NCBI RefSeq assembly: GCF_030028105.1
Contig: NC_092370.1
Coordinates: 108,266,793-108,330,792 of the forward strand
From: Mobula birostris
Taxonomy: Eukaryota
Direction of reading: 5' to 3'
DNA: 64,000 nt
Made by a program: the position numbers and the translations under genes. The notes beneath the pieces are model-generated. The model had not been told where the DNA came from, ran no database searches, and was given only the letters and a program-made list of their open reading frames with translations. How positions within the stretch are numbered: position 1 is the stretch's first letter; each line of letters opens with the position of its first letter. Below are positions 1 through 13,200 of the stretch, piece after piece.

Positions 1-625
1 TTTTCCCAGACGCAGTAAGCATACAAGTTGTTTCTCCACTGGCAGTCGCTCTGGAGGTAAGTGGTGGTTAAGAGAGACCTTCCTACCTGTATGGATTCTG
101 ATGGCATTGGTGACAAGGGTTCTGTAGCTTGAAGTGGTTCTGAGAATGGAACTGTGGTCCTGGCTGATGATCGGGAGAGTCAATCACTAAGACGCTTGTC
201 AATTTGTTGGACCAGAGTCGTGAGGCTTTTGAGGCCTGTGGGCATCTCCCACGTAGACAGCTAGGCTTTTAAACATTCTAAGAGGCTGTCTTAGTAATGG
301 GCTACTATTACTTCAGCATTCCAGCCATGCTCCACTGCAAGGGTCCTGAATTCCATGGCGTAATCCAACACCAAGCATGAACCTTGACACAGCTGAAATA
401 TCCAATCCACTTTCCTCCTTCCACTTGCCAGATGGTTAAAAACCTGGCACATCTCAGTTGTGAATTCCTCATAATTATTGCAGACGGTGATTTCACTGTC
501 CCAGTTAGTGGCAGTCCATGTTGGAGCTCACCCAGTGGAGAGAGAGATGACAAAGGTAATCTTGGCTCCATCCATAGAGTATGGAAATGCAGTAGCTCAA
601 AGTGCAAGATGCACTGGGACACACT
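1..625 (-). mobile_element. Decayed Ty3/Gypsy (sushi-ichi-type) gag, running off the window edge
   Basis: Minus strand reads SQCILHFEL, then after a frameshift AKITFVISLSTG*APTWTATNWD...YEEFTTEMCQVFNH...QLCQGSCLVLDYAMEFRTLAVEHGWNAE...EMPTGLKSLTTLVQQIDKRL, and further on SESIQVGRS...RNNLYAYC (eroded zinc knuckle). In-frame stops at 528-530, 291-293, 261-263. Confidence 0.85.
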
Positions 626-694
626 ACAGGAAGGTTGTATTTGTACTGAAGTGGTTGTAGGAGAAATGTATGGTTATTGCCATGTCTGCAACAA

Positions 695-1060
695 CGTTAG
701 TTATGTAGAAAATTTAGGGGATTTAGGGTTGTTTTTTAGAACACAGGCAGCTGAAGAAAATATTGAAGAAGGGCCTAGAACAAGCAAAGAAGAAAGGCAC
801 TGTATTTCTGTTAGAGAGATAAGGATACATAGATTTAAGGTAATTAACAGCATGTTTAAAAGTGAAGTGAGGGTATTTTTTCACCCAGATGTGGCAGTTG
901 TCTGGAACTTGCTGCTTGATCACCTGCATTACAATTAAAACATATTTGGATTTGTACTTGAACAGCCAGGACGAGTGCGGCTGCAGACACGGTATTGTAA
1001 GGTGAGATTAGGCTATGTAGCACATTATTGTTTGTCATAGACATAATGGTAGAAAAGACT
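695..1060 (+). mobile_element. Old CR1 LINE 3' fragment
   Basis: Degenerate 'catagatttaaggtaa...tttttcacccagatgtggcagttgtctggaacttgctg' corresponds to the HxFKV...FFTQRVVxxWNxLP C-terminus seen in the younger copies in this window. Boundaries approximate. Confidence 0.65.
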
Positions 1061-1198
1061 CCTCCTATATTTTAATTTCCCATGCACCTATGATTTGACC
1101 ATTATAATGAACATTGTGTGTCTTGTAGTAAATTTATTAACACATAAATTTCACGTTTAAGACCTGACCAATTTTTTTTGTTTTGCTTTCTCTTGCAG

Positions 1199-1284
1199 GA
1201 AACGTGTACAGAGAATGCACTGTAAATGGAACTTGGGCATCTAGAATCAATTACTCCCACTGTGAACCCATCTTGATGGAACAA
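1199..1284 (+). CDS. CRHR2: CRH receptor exon: C-terminal part of the extracellular hormone-binding domain (86 nt)
   Basis: Polypyrimidine tract plus tgcag acceptor at 1197-1198; encodes [28 protein letters not shown] (two Cys, NGT and NYS sequons); donor gttagt at 1285. Confidence 0.93.
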
Positions 1285-4200
1285 GTTAGTCTTGTGTGCA
1301 ATTTTTAAAATTATGAATTGTAGCAGTATCTTCCACAGGGATCAATTTTGTATATTTGAAGGACAAATCCCACATCATTTCAAGGCCATGAACCAACAAT
1401 TGTGGCCTAGGTGAGAACCTTGGTTCTCAATTCTCCATTAATTCTCCATTACTTCCCTTTCCCACTCAGTGCCAGAGGCTTGAGATTAAGGACTGTTAGA
1501 TCCAACATTTCATGCACTCCATGCTACAGAGAAATGTCATCCTCTTAATTTTAGTCATTGCAGCCTCCTCTCCCAAGCTATCATCGTGACCCTTCACCAT
1601 GATCCACCTCAAAGTCAAAGTAAATGTATCATCAAAGTACATATACAGTATATCATTATATACTACCTTGAGATTCTTGCAGGCATTCACAGTAGGAATG
1701 ACAAATACAATAGAATTAATGAAAAACTACACAAAATTAAAGACTGACAAACAACCAATGTGAAAAAGAAGATAAACTGTGCAAATACAAACTAATAACT
1801 AAATAAATAAGTAATACTGAGAATGTTAGTTGTAGATTCCCTGAATGTGACCTTCTATTCTTGGTCATCTGACCGTCTAATTCAGGGGTGGCCAACCTAT
1901 GGGGCATGCTCCAAAAGTGGCACGTTGATTGATGAGAAGTGGAGCATTGCACCCAAGTGATAATAGTAAAAAACTAAGCCTACTCATGCAAAAAGTATTA
2001 ACCAAAAACTGATTAAAATCTGTAACAGGAATTCAAGTAGCTTAGAGCTAGGAATGGGTTTTACTGAGAATAAATCTAAAACTTGCAATTATTTTTAGCG
2101 ATTTTATTATTTTGTGCACATCTTTTGGTGAATGTTATCTTCTTTCACATTAATCTGTTTTTCAATTTTAAAAAATGTTCAATGAGTCAAACTAGGAACG
2201 AAGGACTTTTGTTCTGCAGTCGTTCCATAACTGTTCAATACACATTTGATACTTGTTTGATCCTGAGGCGCCACGCATCTGTACCAGCGGTGCGTCGCAG
2301 GTTTTTGCCAGTCAGTTTACAATTGACACTCGTGAGCTACGGAGTTGTGCTTTGTTCCTCCTTTGTTGACGTTTGCAGTTTTGTACTTTTTCGAAAATTA
2401 AGCCTTGTTTTTGCATTCAGTTGCTCATCACAGTGCAAAAGAAAATGAGCAAAAGAAAAGCAGGAAGTGATAGTAAGTGTGAATCCATCCAATGAACAGT
2501 AGGAAAATGAATTCTTATTTATAACAGGTCGGTTGTGCATTGTTTGTGAAAACACTTCCTCACATAATAGAAGTCATGATCTTAATAGACTAGTGCTTGG
2601 GTCTGAGTTACGGAAAGAATATGTGATTAAGAAAAAGGAAGAAATCAAAAGAAAACAAAATATATTTGTTAAATTAAGATAAGTAATGTTTATCTTGTTT
2701 TTATATTAAATCAATATATCATGTAAAATGCTAAATATGTCCATATTAACATATTTTTACAAGAATTCAATGGGGGTACAAGTGTTGTATGGCACATCTG
2801 AACTTGTGTGTGAAAAAATTGACGCATGGAATGTAAAAGGTTGGCCACCCCAGTCTAATTCCTTCTAGATAGAGGACTCAACCTTCTGGACAGCTCAAAG
2901 AAGGGTACCAGCAGATCTCTATGTGTAACCTCTCATGAGAAAGTTTAGTTTCTGAGAGCCCGTCAAAACAGCATTCACATGAACGCTGATAATTCATCAA
3001 CTAGACTCATTTAAGCCCATTTAATTCACACTCTGCCATTCTAGAAATGCCAATAGTCAATTTGAAGACTTATTGTTGTAACTCATCTCATTTAGTTACT
3101 TTATTGGATTTAGAATTAATATAGGAATCTTAGCTACTGCAAACTTTGAGAGACGTTTCTTAGAAATGCAATTGCATTGTTTTATTTTTCAGTGTTTGTG
3201 CAATTGAGACTCAATTTCCTTTTTCAAATTAAATTGTGATAAGAACTCTTTCTGTTTTTTATTTCATATTACTTTGTGATACTGTTCCTACACAGTAGAG
3301 GAACTTGATTAAAGTAGTTCGCCCACAATCAGCTTGTCCCAGGAGAACTATTCCTGTAGCAAAGGCACAGATAAGTCTCTCACTAACATCACACCTCTGT
3401 GCTATCTTCTCCCATTTTAACATCACCCTCCCCCTCACCCATTTCACATATCCTAACACCCCAAACCTCTTGACCATTTGCACTCTAATTTCCCCTTAAA
3501 GATGCTGGTAGGTCTTGGTCTCCAAACCCACCAGCACCCTTGCACTCCCCTTCCCCAACAGCAACCACCTTCAGAACCCGCTGTTACTTTTGTTCATTTG
3601 ACCATTACCACCTCAGCCCTCATCTTCCCAAATTTGTTATCTTAGACTCACAGAAGTAGAATAAACCTACACTTACCTAAAATAGATTTTATTCAAACAA
3701 ACTAGACATTCCATGAATTAAGTTGAAATAACATGTCATACTCATATCGCTGCCAACTTTCTAGCAGTGGAAGTATAAGATCTTTGTTTCTTTGTTTTAC
3801 TGAAACAATTTCCATGCCCACTTCAGTTTAGTCTTAGTGGGATGTCAACCGAGAAAGCATTACTATTTATCATGAGGTTTTGCTTTTGGACATGGTTGAT
3901 TGAGATACTACTGATAGTTTTTGAATGATTGGCATATTTTACTTCATCTATGAGAGGCAAAAATTTGGTTTTATGGACTTCGAAAGAATCAGAGTTCGTG
4001 AATTCATTTCAAGGTGGCAATACCTGAGCAAAGTATGTAATTACAGGCGACTAGATACTAGAAAATCTTAACAGCAGAAGATAAGGTTTAGTGGCAGTTT
4101 CTCACGGCAGAAAATGATGCTCTTTGTGGTATCTTTCAGCATTCATCGAAATAATGCAAATTCAATCAAGAATTGTAGGAAAAATGTTAAAACTCTCCTT

Positions 4201-7200
4201 AAGAAACAAGTGACCAAGATGATTCTAGGTACTGAGGGTGTAAGTTATAATGATCATAAAATTGTTCACTAATAAACAATTGGCCAAAACTTGGTGACAT
4301 ACTGCGTTCAACCATTTCCCAGTACAAGTAGTATGCATTTATCCTGCACATTGTTTCTTCTCCATAATGAAATGCCAATTTATACAGATAAATTTCTTTT
4401 CTTTTCTTTGCCATATTAATGAATTTTTCATGCTCTTATGATACTGATAAGATATATCATCAGCTGTTCTGATTCCCTGCTAGAATCTCAGCATATTTTG
4501 CTCTCAGAACCAACTATGTGATGGGTGGCATCACTACTTCTAAGATGCTTATGTTGAAGTTAAAAGGAATGCAGTCCTTTCATCAGCACTATCATATTGT
4601 AACTTGATGTTGATATAGTTGTAATGAGTTCCATTGATACTTTACTAGACAAGTACTGTCAAGATAGATTGATCATCAGATTATTATTTTGCCCGCTAAC
4701 ATTGTTCTTGGTTGTGTTGTCATGTTCCATTAGATTTCATCGTGTATTGTATCAGAGTAGGCAATTTTGCCATGTATTAGCCTGCAGCATTTCAATTTTT
4801 ATGTGCTGCTTTGTCATTCTTATCTCTATAGGTTTAATTAGTGTAAACTTATTTCTGAGTTGTCAGTAGAATTATAGCATCAAGGAACAGGACAATGACA
4901 CACAACTTGGTTCTCCAGTTTCCTCCCACATTCCAAAAATATCTATGCATTGATAGGTTGACTGGTCACTGTAAATTGCCCCTAGTTTGTGGGTGAATGG
5001 TGAAATGCGGAGGAAGTTGATGGGGATTGGGGAGAATGTGCTGGGCTTAGAGAAGGTGTGGTTGGCACCTACTCAATGAACTGCAGAGCCTGTCTCCACA
5101 GTGTAAGGCTCCATGCCTCTGGTTCTAGTATTCAAGGTTAACTCCAGACATATCTCTGCAATATGTTACTGTTAGAGTGCTTTTTGTTTTAAAACAGGAT
5201 ACAAAGTTGTACTTTACCCACCTGCTGAGCTAGATGCAAACAAGTACAGTGGATTCCGGTTAAACTGGGACACACCGGGACCTTTACATTTTGACCGAAT
5301 TAAGAGGATTCCCCAATTAGCAGCTGTTTCATGGAAATAGTTAAAAAGTTATAAAAAGGCAAACTATTCTTTAACTAAGTAATAAATTCTGAATTTAGAT
5401 AAAATATAGAACAACTTAGAATGCTACCAATACTGCTACAATGCTATAAATCTGTGTATTATTTCCTAATACTTATCAACGGAGGAATTCATCCAGTGTA
5501 CACCACTGTGTTCTTTTGTTTGACTGTAAGTGAACAAAATCTGCACAAACACCTAGTACAGGTAGTGGACTGCCTTCATCCAATGCTTTCAAAGATTGCT
5601 TCCTCCAAATCTTCATCTTCATTATAACATTCAATATTGTTGTCATTACCTTCAAATTCTTTACCGCCAACTATCAGTGATAAAATTCACTGCTTTTTGA
5701 ATAGAAACACGCAATACATGTCATTTTAAAACAGTTTGCTCTGAACGTGGGTATAGTGTTCAATGACCAAACAAGTGTGTGCGATTGATGCTAGCTAGAA
5801 CCTATTTGGCAATAGTTTCCTGCCCCAAATAAACAGCTGCCTTGATTAACCGATGGCCCAATCCACTGTATATAGTAGATGGTGTAACTTCCTTTTCAAC
5901 ACTCTGCCCTTAAACAACTGGACTAAGAACAAAATAATGAGTCATTCATTTCACTGTTGTTGATCTGACTTTGAAAAGAGAAGGGAAAAAGGGTGTTTTG
6001 CACAGGAGAGATCTAGGAAAACCACCAGGGGGAGACTGGGCAAAAGGGAAAGGATTACTCCTTTATAGGGAGCAAAAGGAAGAAGACTGGGAAAAGAGGA
6101 AAAGAAAGGGTTTAGATGTTTTAAAAGGAACAGAAAGTGTGGTAAAAAAATGTTGGGCAGTGGCATTGCTACTCAGGGATAGTATCACTACTGCAGAAAG
6201 GGAGGCTGTTGTGGAGGGATCATTTACTGAGTCAATGTGGATGTAGGTCAGAAACAGGAAGAGAGCAATCACTCTGCAGTGTGTATTATAGAGACCCAAG
6301 AGCAGCAGAAATGATGAGGAGCAGATAAGGAGGAAGATTCCAGCAAGGTGCAAAAATAACAGAATTGGGTCACCCAAGTTATCATGGGTGACTTCAACTT
6401 CCCTAATAGTGATCGGCACTTCCTTAGTGCAAAAGATTTAGATGGGGCAGAGTTTGTTAGGTGTGTCCACAAAGGATTCATGACACAATATTTAGACAAA
6501 CTGACTAGAGGAAAAGCCTAGTCAATGAATTCGGTCAGGGGGCAGACCTCAGTGGGTAAGTATTTCGGTGACATTGACCACAACTCAATGACCCAGCTTT
6601 GGAGAGACATAGTATAGGAAAACATTAAATTGTAAGAGGGCAATTTATGATGCTATTAGGCAGGAATTTGGGAGTATAAATTGTGAACAGATGTACACAG
6701 GGAAATGCATAACACTAATGTGGAGGTTGTTTAGGGAGCACTTGCACGAGGGTCTGGATAGGTTTGTCTCGTTGAGGCAGGAAAAGGGTAGTAGGGTGAT
6801 GGAATCATGGTTGACAAGAGATTTGAGACATCCAGTCAAGAGGAAGTAAAAAGCATACTTAAGATTTAGGAAGCAAGGATCAGACTGACCTGGGGTCAAC
6901 ATACCCCTTGCTTAAAAGTATTGGTCGATGGCATAAAAAAGGTCGGGAACCCCTGCTTTAGAGAGTACAAAGTAGTGAGGAAGTGGGTTAAGAATGGAAT
7001 TAGTTGAGCTAGAAGGAAAGCCCAAAGGCGTTCTACACATATGTAAATAACAGGAGGATGACTAGAGTGTAGACTTCAGTATTCACCAGCAAGAGGGAGG
7101 TTGATGAATGTTTAAGAAAAAGGTCTGGTATGCTGGAACATGTCAACATTAAAAAAGATATACTCGAAAATTTGAAAACGTTAGGGTAGAAAAGTCCCTG

Positions 7201-10200
7201 GGGCCAGATGGGATATACCCCAGGTTACTACGGGAAGTGAGGGAAGTGATTGTTGTGCCTTTGCCAATAACCTTTGTGTCTTCACTGGCCACAGGAGTAG
7301 TACCAGAATATTCAGAGTGTGGCAAATGTTATTTCTTTGTTCAAGAAAGGTAAAAGGCATCATCATGGGAATTATAGATCAGTGAGTCTTATGTCAGTGG
7401 TAGGAAAACTGTTGGAGAAGATTCTTAGAAAGAATGTACAAGAATTTTGCGAAGCATAGTCTGATTTAAGTAGTTAGCATAGGTAAGTCATACTTCATGA
7501 GCCTGAATAAATACTTTGAGGTAGTGACAAAACAAATTGAAGGTAGATTAGTGGATTTGGTATATATTGATTTTAGTAAGGCCCTTTCTCTTTGTGATTT
7601 TTTTGTAAATGACTTAGATGAAAAAGCGGAAGGATTCTTTAGTAAGTTTTCAGCTGACATGAAGATTGGTGGTATAGTGGATAGGGTAAAATGTTGTATG
7701 CTACAAGAGACATTGACAGGATCCCATGGTAGGCTCATTCCGAAAGTCAGGAGGCAAGGCATCTGGGAAAACTTGCCTATGAAGATTCAGAATTGGTTTT
7801 CCCACACAAGGTGGTACTAGATGGAGCATACTCTGCCTAGGGGTCAGTGACCAGTGGACGGATCTGTTCTGGGACCCCTGTTCTTATGGTCTTTAGAAAT
7901 GATTTGGTTGAAAAACTGGAAGGGTGGGTTAGTAGGTTTGCATCTGACACGAGGCGTGGTCGTGCTGTGGATGGTGTGAAAGGTTGTCATATGTTACAAT
8001 GGATATTGATAGGATGCAGAGCTTGGTTGAGAAGTGGCAGCTGGATTTCAATTTGGAAATGTATGAAGTGATTCACTTTGGAAATGTCAACTGTCTCTTT
8101 CCCACTAAACATGCTGCTTGACCCATCAAGTTCCTCAGCAGCTCTTTTTTATTTGCTTCAGATTCTAGCATTTAGCATCCTGTGTCAGTATTTCAGCAAG
8201 TTAAATTTCATGATAAATCTTCATTCTTACCAAAACCAGTGCACAGATCAGAACATATAGCATCACTGAAAGGCAGGATTAATGATAGCCATGCAATTTT
8301 AGATTTCATTACCTATTGGGAATAGAATTTTCATTATGATGATTCAGATTGGGGAAAAAAATAAAACATTGAGTTTTTAATCTCAGCAAGGAGGCCAGAC
8401 TTGAATTATATATAAGAATTAAGTGCGTGTATGCTCAACCATCTGCCAAACCTGGTATCTCAAAAATAAATAGCTGTTGCGCTCCCTTGCTTAATGTATG
8501 TTTTCCTTAAGTAGGTTAACCAGATCAGAGGCTAGACCTGTATATGATCCCCAGTGTGGTTTTATTAACTCTTGGATACTTGGATCAAGCCATTTTAGAT
8601 TTTTCTACTCTTCTATTCAGATCTTCTTGCAATAAAAGCCAATAATACTTTCCTAATTATCAGCTAAGTATGATTATCTTCATTGTGATAAGGTCAACGT
8701 ATTTATACTATGCCAGAATAAATTTATGTCTGCTATGTCTGTCAAGGTCATATGAATGAAGCATTAATTAGTTGGAGATTATTGACAATGATTACTCAAA
8801 GGATTCGAGGTTTTCTGAAAGTGCAATGCCATTGGATTCAATGAGACAATGCTTTGCAGAGAGCAGGGTGACCGGTTTTGTATCTTTGCCTTTTTAGTCT
8901 GTGTCAACTCACAGGGTAATCCCATTCTCCACAAATTTTTCCTGTTATCTCTTCTGACCAATGTTACAACTCCATGCAGAGTCCAGTGGTGAAGCATACC
9001 TAGACCTAGGAGATATTACTGAAAGTGGTTATGGAATGGAATCTCTACTCAAAGAGTTTCCTGTTCTCAATAATAACCTACTTTTGTCCACATTCCCACT
9101 TAATGGCTTGTCTCCCAACAACCAGGACTGTTCTGACAACATGTACAAGTGGAGCAGCCTTTGAAATAGATGTCATGAGCTCTAAACCAGAGGATTTTTG
9201 TTGAGAAATTTCATTAGTGGAGCAAAAATCTGTACAGCCTGCCTAACTCTTCTGAATCTACAATGGTTACCCAAAAAAGGAATTGCGTAGCTTTGCATAT
9301 AGTCACATTGTTCTTTATTTACTTCACAAAACATGTCGCTTTTTAACCACTTCAACATTCTTGGACATTTTCTTGGCTTATATCTTGACATGACATATCA
9401 CATAGAACAATACAGCACAGTATAAGCTATTCAACCCACTATTTTGTACTGACCATGTAACCTACTCCAAGATCAATCTAATCCTTCCCCCCCACATAGC
9501 ACTCCATGCTTTTATATCCATGTACCTATCTAAGAGTCTCTTAAAAATCCTTTATCTGTGTAAAAAAAAATCTTCCCTTGGCAAACCTACTAGGGAAAAG
9601 GCACTTGCTGTTCACTCTAACTATACATCTTAAAATATTCTACACCTCTGTCAAGTCACCTCTCATCTTCGTGCACTCTAAAGAGAAAGGCCCTAGCTCA
9701 GTCAAACTTTCCTTATAAAATATGTTCTCTAATCCAGGCAAATCTCCTCTGCACCTTTTCTAAAGCTTCCATATCCTTCCTCTAATGTGGAGCCAAGAAC
9801 TGAATATTTTGTTTTGCATTATAATGAAATGAATTAATGGGAACCAAAGGAGGCTTTTGTTAAGGGCTCATTGGCTGGTTGTAGGACAGCTTTATGGCTT
9901 TGAGCGTGGAAGAGTGTGGAGGGGCAGAAATCAGAGTCCCTATTGTATATTTGGTGAAATGTGAATCCTGCAGTGTCACGAAGCAGCTGTTCCCTTATTA
10001 TTTTCTTTTATTCACCCTTCCTATATAGAATAGTCTGAGCTCTTTACTCTATTTCTTCTGCAGCTCCAGGTTTTGATGTAGCAGAATAATTTGTAGTGCA
10101 GAGCAGTTCATCACCAATCTGGAAATTCTGAGTGGTGCATACCAAAAGGCACCTCTGGAACTGCTCGAGCACCTGAAACATGCCACTGGCTAGTTCATTC

Positions 10201-13200
10201 ACACATTTAATCATCACGTGAGTGAGCTCGCACAATTAGCTTTCTGTGGTTGTATGTCATGAAACAACTTTACACTGGGAGATCCCATCCCAGGTTAGCT
10301 TCTCTACAAATGCTCTACCAAGCCCTAAGGCAGGGGTGAAGAACTTATGACAGCCATGCCCGAGATAGCACATGAAAAAGATATTGTTGGCTCATGGCAT
10401 GCACTGCCACCCCTCAATTCTTTAAACCCCACCCATAGTAAAAAGATGCATAAAGGTAGACATCATAAAGATGCTGCTTCTCCAGTTGGCTGGGCGTCAA
10501 ATAGATGGTTGCACGAGCACATGACATTTCATGATATACTTTGAAATCATTGCAGACCGGGTGTATACATCAGTATTTGGGTGGTAAATGATTGGGCCAG
10601 TTGGCAATGACTTCACTCTGGTTCTATATTTCTTCTGTTCTTTGTGAATAAACAGTGATAATAACAGTAAATACTTAATGTAGTTTAACACCTGCATGAA
10701 TATTTTTCAGTTATCTTTTTAAAAGATTAATATTAATAATTTTGAATGGGTTTTCTAAAATGATACATTTGTTTCAATCAGTCTCTCTTACACTTTTATT
10801 TATAGTAAAAAAAAATGAAAACACTTAAATAAGCCACCCTTTTTCCTGAAAGAAGTCCATAATTATTGATACTAATTCATCAATCAATAATAATCTCTAC
10901 ACCAAATTACCATGACAAGCGAGAATTTTTTAAAAGATTATTGCCACCCCATCCTAAGGGATTCTAGTGCTTCGACTGCTGCATGGTGATTAGAAATCTT
11001 GCACACACCAACAGCAAACGTTTCTGTTCCCACTAGCAGCAGGCTGATGTATTTGAAGTTTTTGTACAGGTAGTCTTCCTGGGCTGCAAGGATGAGTTAA
11101 GAGCCGCAGTGTAATTTTGCAGTTCCATAAAATGCTGGTCAGACCTCTCTTGGAATATTGTGTTCAGTTCTGGTTACCTCATTAGAGGAAGGATGTGGAA
11201 CCTTTAGAGAGGGTACAGAGGACATTTACCAGTTTGCTGCTGGGTAATCATGAACAAAGCAGATGAGCTTAGAACATGGATCAGTACTTGGAGCTATGAT
11301 GTTGTGGCCATTACAGAGACATGGATGGCTCAGGGGAAGGAATGGCTACTTAGAGTGCCAGATTTTAGATGTTTCAGAAAGGACAGGGAGGGAGGCAAAA
11401 GAGATGGGGGTATGGCACTGCTGATCAGAGATAGTGTCAGGGCTGCAGAAGAGGAAGTCATGGAGGGATTGTCTACTGACTCTCTGTGGGTGGAAGTTAG
11501 GAACAGGAAGGGGTCAATAACTCTACTGGCTGTTTTTTATAGACCACCCAATAGTAACAGGGACATCAAGGAGCAGATAGGGAGACAGATTCTGGAAAGG
11601 TGTAATAATAATAGGGTTGTTGTGGTAGGAGAATTTAATTTCCCAAATATTGATTGGCATCTCCCTAGACCAAGGAGTTTAGATGGGGTGGAGTTTGTTA
11701 GGTGTGTTCAGGAAGGTTTCATGACATAATATGTAGATAAGCCTACAAGAGGAGAGGCTGTACTTGATCTGGTATTGGCAAATGTACCCGGTCAGGTGTC
11801 AGGTCTCTCAGTGGGAGAGCATTTTGGAGATAGTGACCAAAATTCTATCTCTTTTACCATAGCATTGGAGAGGAATAGATACAGACAAGTTGGGAAAGTG
11901 TTTAATTGGAATAAGGGGAATTATGAAGGTATCAGGCAGGAACTTGGAAGCATAAGTAGGGAACAGATATTCTCAGGGAAATGTACGGCAGAAATATGGC
12001 AAATGTTCAGGGGATATTTGCGTGGCATTCTGCATAGGTACGTTCCAATGAGACAGGGAAAGGATGGTAGGGTATAGGAACCATGGTGTACAAAGGCTGT
12101 TGAAAATTTAGTCAAGAAGAAAAGAAAAGCTTAAAGGTTCAAAAAATTAGATAATGATAGAGATCTAGAAGATTATAAGGCTAGCAGGAAGGAGTTTAAG
12201 AATGAAATTAGGAGAGCCATGAGAAGGTCTTGGCAAGCAGGATTAAGGAAAACCCCAAGGCATTCTACAAGTACATGAAGAGCAAGAGGATAAGATGTCA
12301 GAGAATAGGACCAATCAAGTATGACAGTGGAAAAGTGTATATGGAAAAGGAGGAGCTAGCAGAGGTACTTTATGAATACTCTGCTTCAGTGTTCTCTACG
12401 GAAAAGGATCTTGGCGATTGTAGGGATGACTTACAGTGGACTGAAAAGCTTGAGCATACAGACATTAAGAAAAAGGATGTGCTGGAGTTTTTGGAAAGCA
12501 TCAAGTTGGATATATCACCGGGACCAGATGAGACATACCCCAGGCTAACGTGGGAGGTGAGAGAGGAGATTGCTGAGCCTCTGGCAATGATCTTTGTATC
12601 ATCAATGGGGCCAGGAGAGGTTCCGGAGGATTGGAGGGTTGCAGATGTTGTTCCCTTATTCAAGAAAGGGAGTAGAGATAGCCCAGGAAATTATAGACCA
12701 TTGGGTATTACTTCACTGGTTGGTAAGTTGATGGGAAAGATCCTGAGAGGCAGGATTTATGAACATTTGGAGAGGTATAATATAATTAGGAATAGTCAGC
12801 ATGGCTTTGTGAAAGGCAGGTTGTACCTTACAAGCCTGATTGAATTTTTTGAGGATGTGATTAAACACATTGATAAAGGTAGAACAGTAGATGTAGTGTA
12901 TATGGATTTCAGCAAAGCATTTGACAAGGTACCCCATGCAAGGCTTATTGAGAAAGTAAGGAGGCATGGGATCCAAAGGGACATTGCTTTGTGGATCCAG
13001 AATTGGCTTGCCCACAGAAGGCAAAGAATGGTTGTAGATGGGTCAGATTCTGCATGGAGGTCAGTGACCAGTGGTGTGCCTCAGGGATCTGTTCTGGAAC
13101 CCCTTCTCTTCGTCAATTTATAAATGACCTGGATGAGGAAGTGGAGGGATGGGTTAGTAAATTTGCTGATGACACAAAGGTTGGAGATGTTGTGGATAGT

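Noticed and set aside
384-938. 184-aa + strand ORF
   Set aside because: It is the antisense of the decayed gag joined to a CR1 fragment; no independent protein signature.
8961-9164. Short protein-like ORFs in non-repeat intron (also 44117-44401 and 57294-57695)
   Set aside because: No recognisable domain and no convincing splice-site pairs; lengths are within chance expectation.
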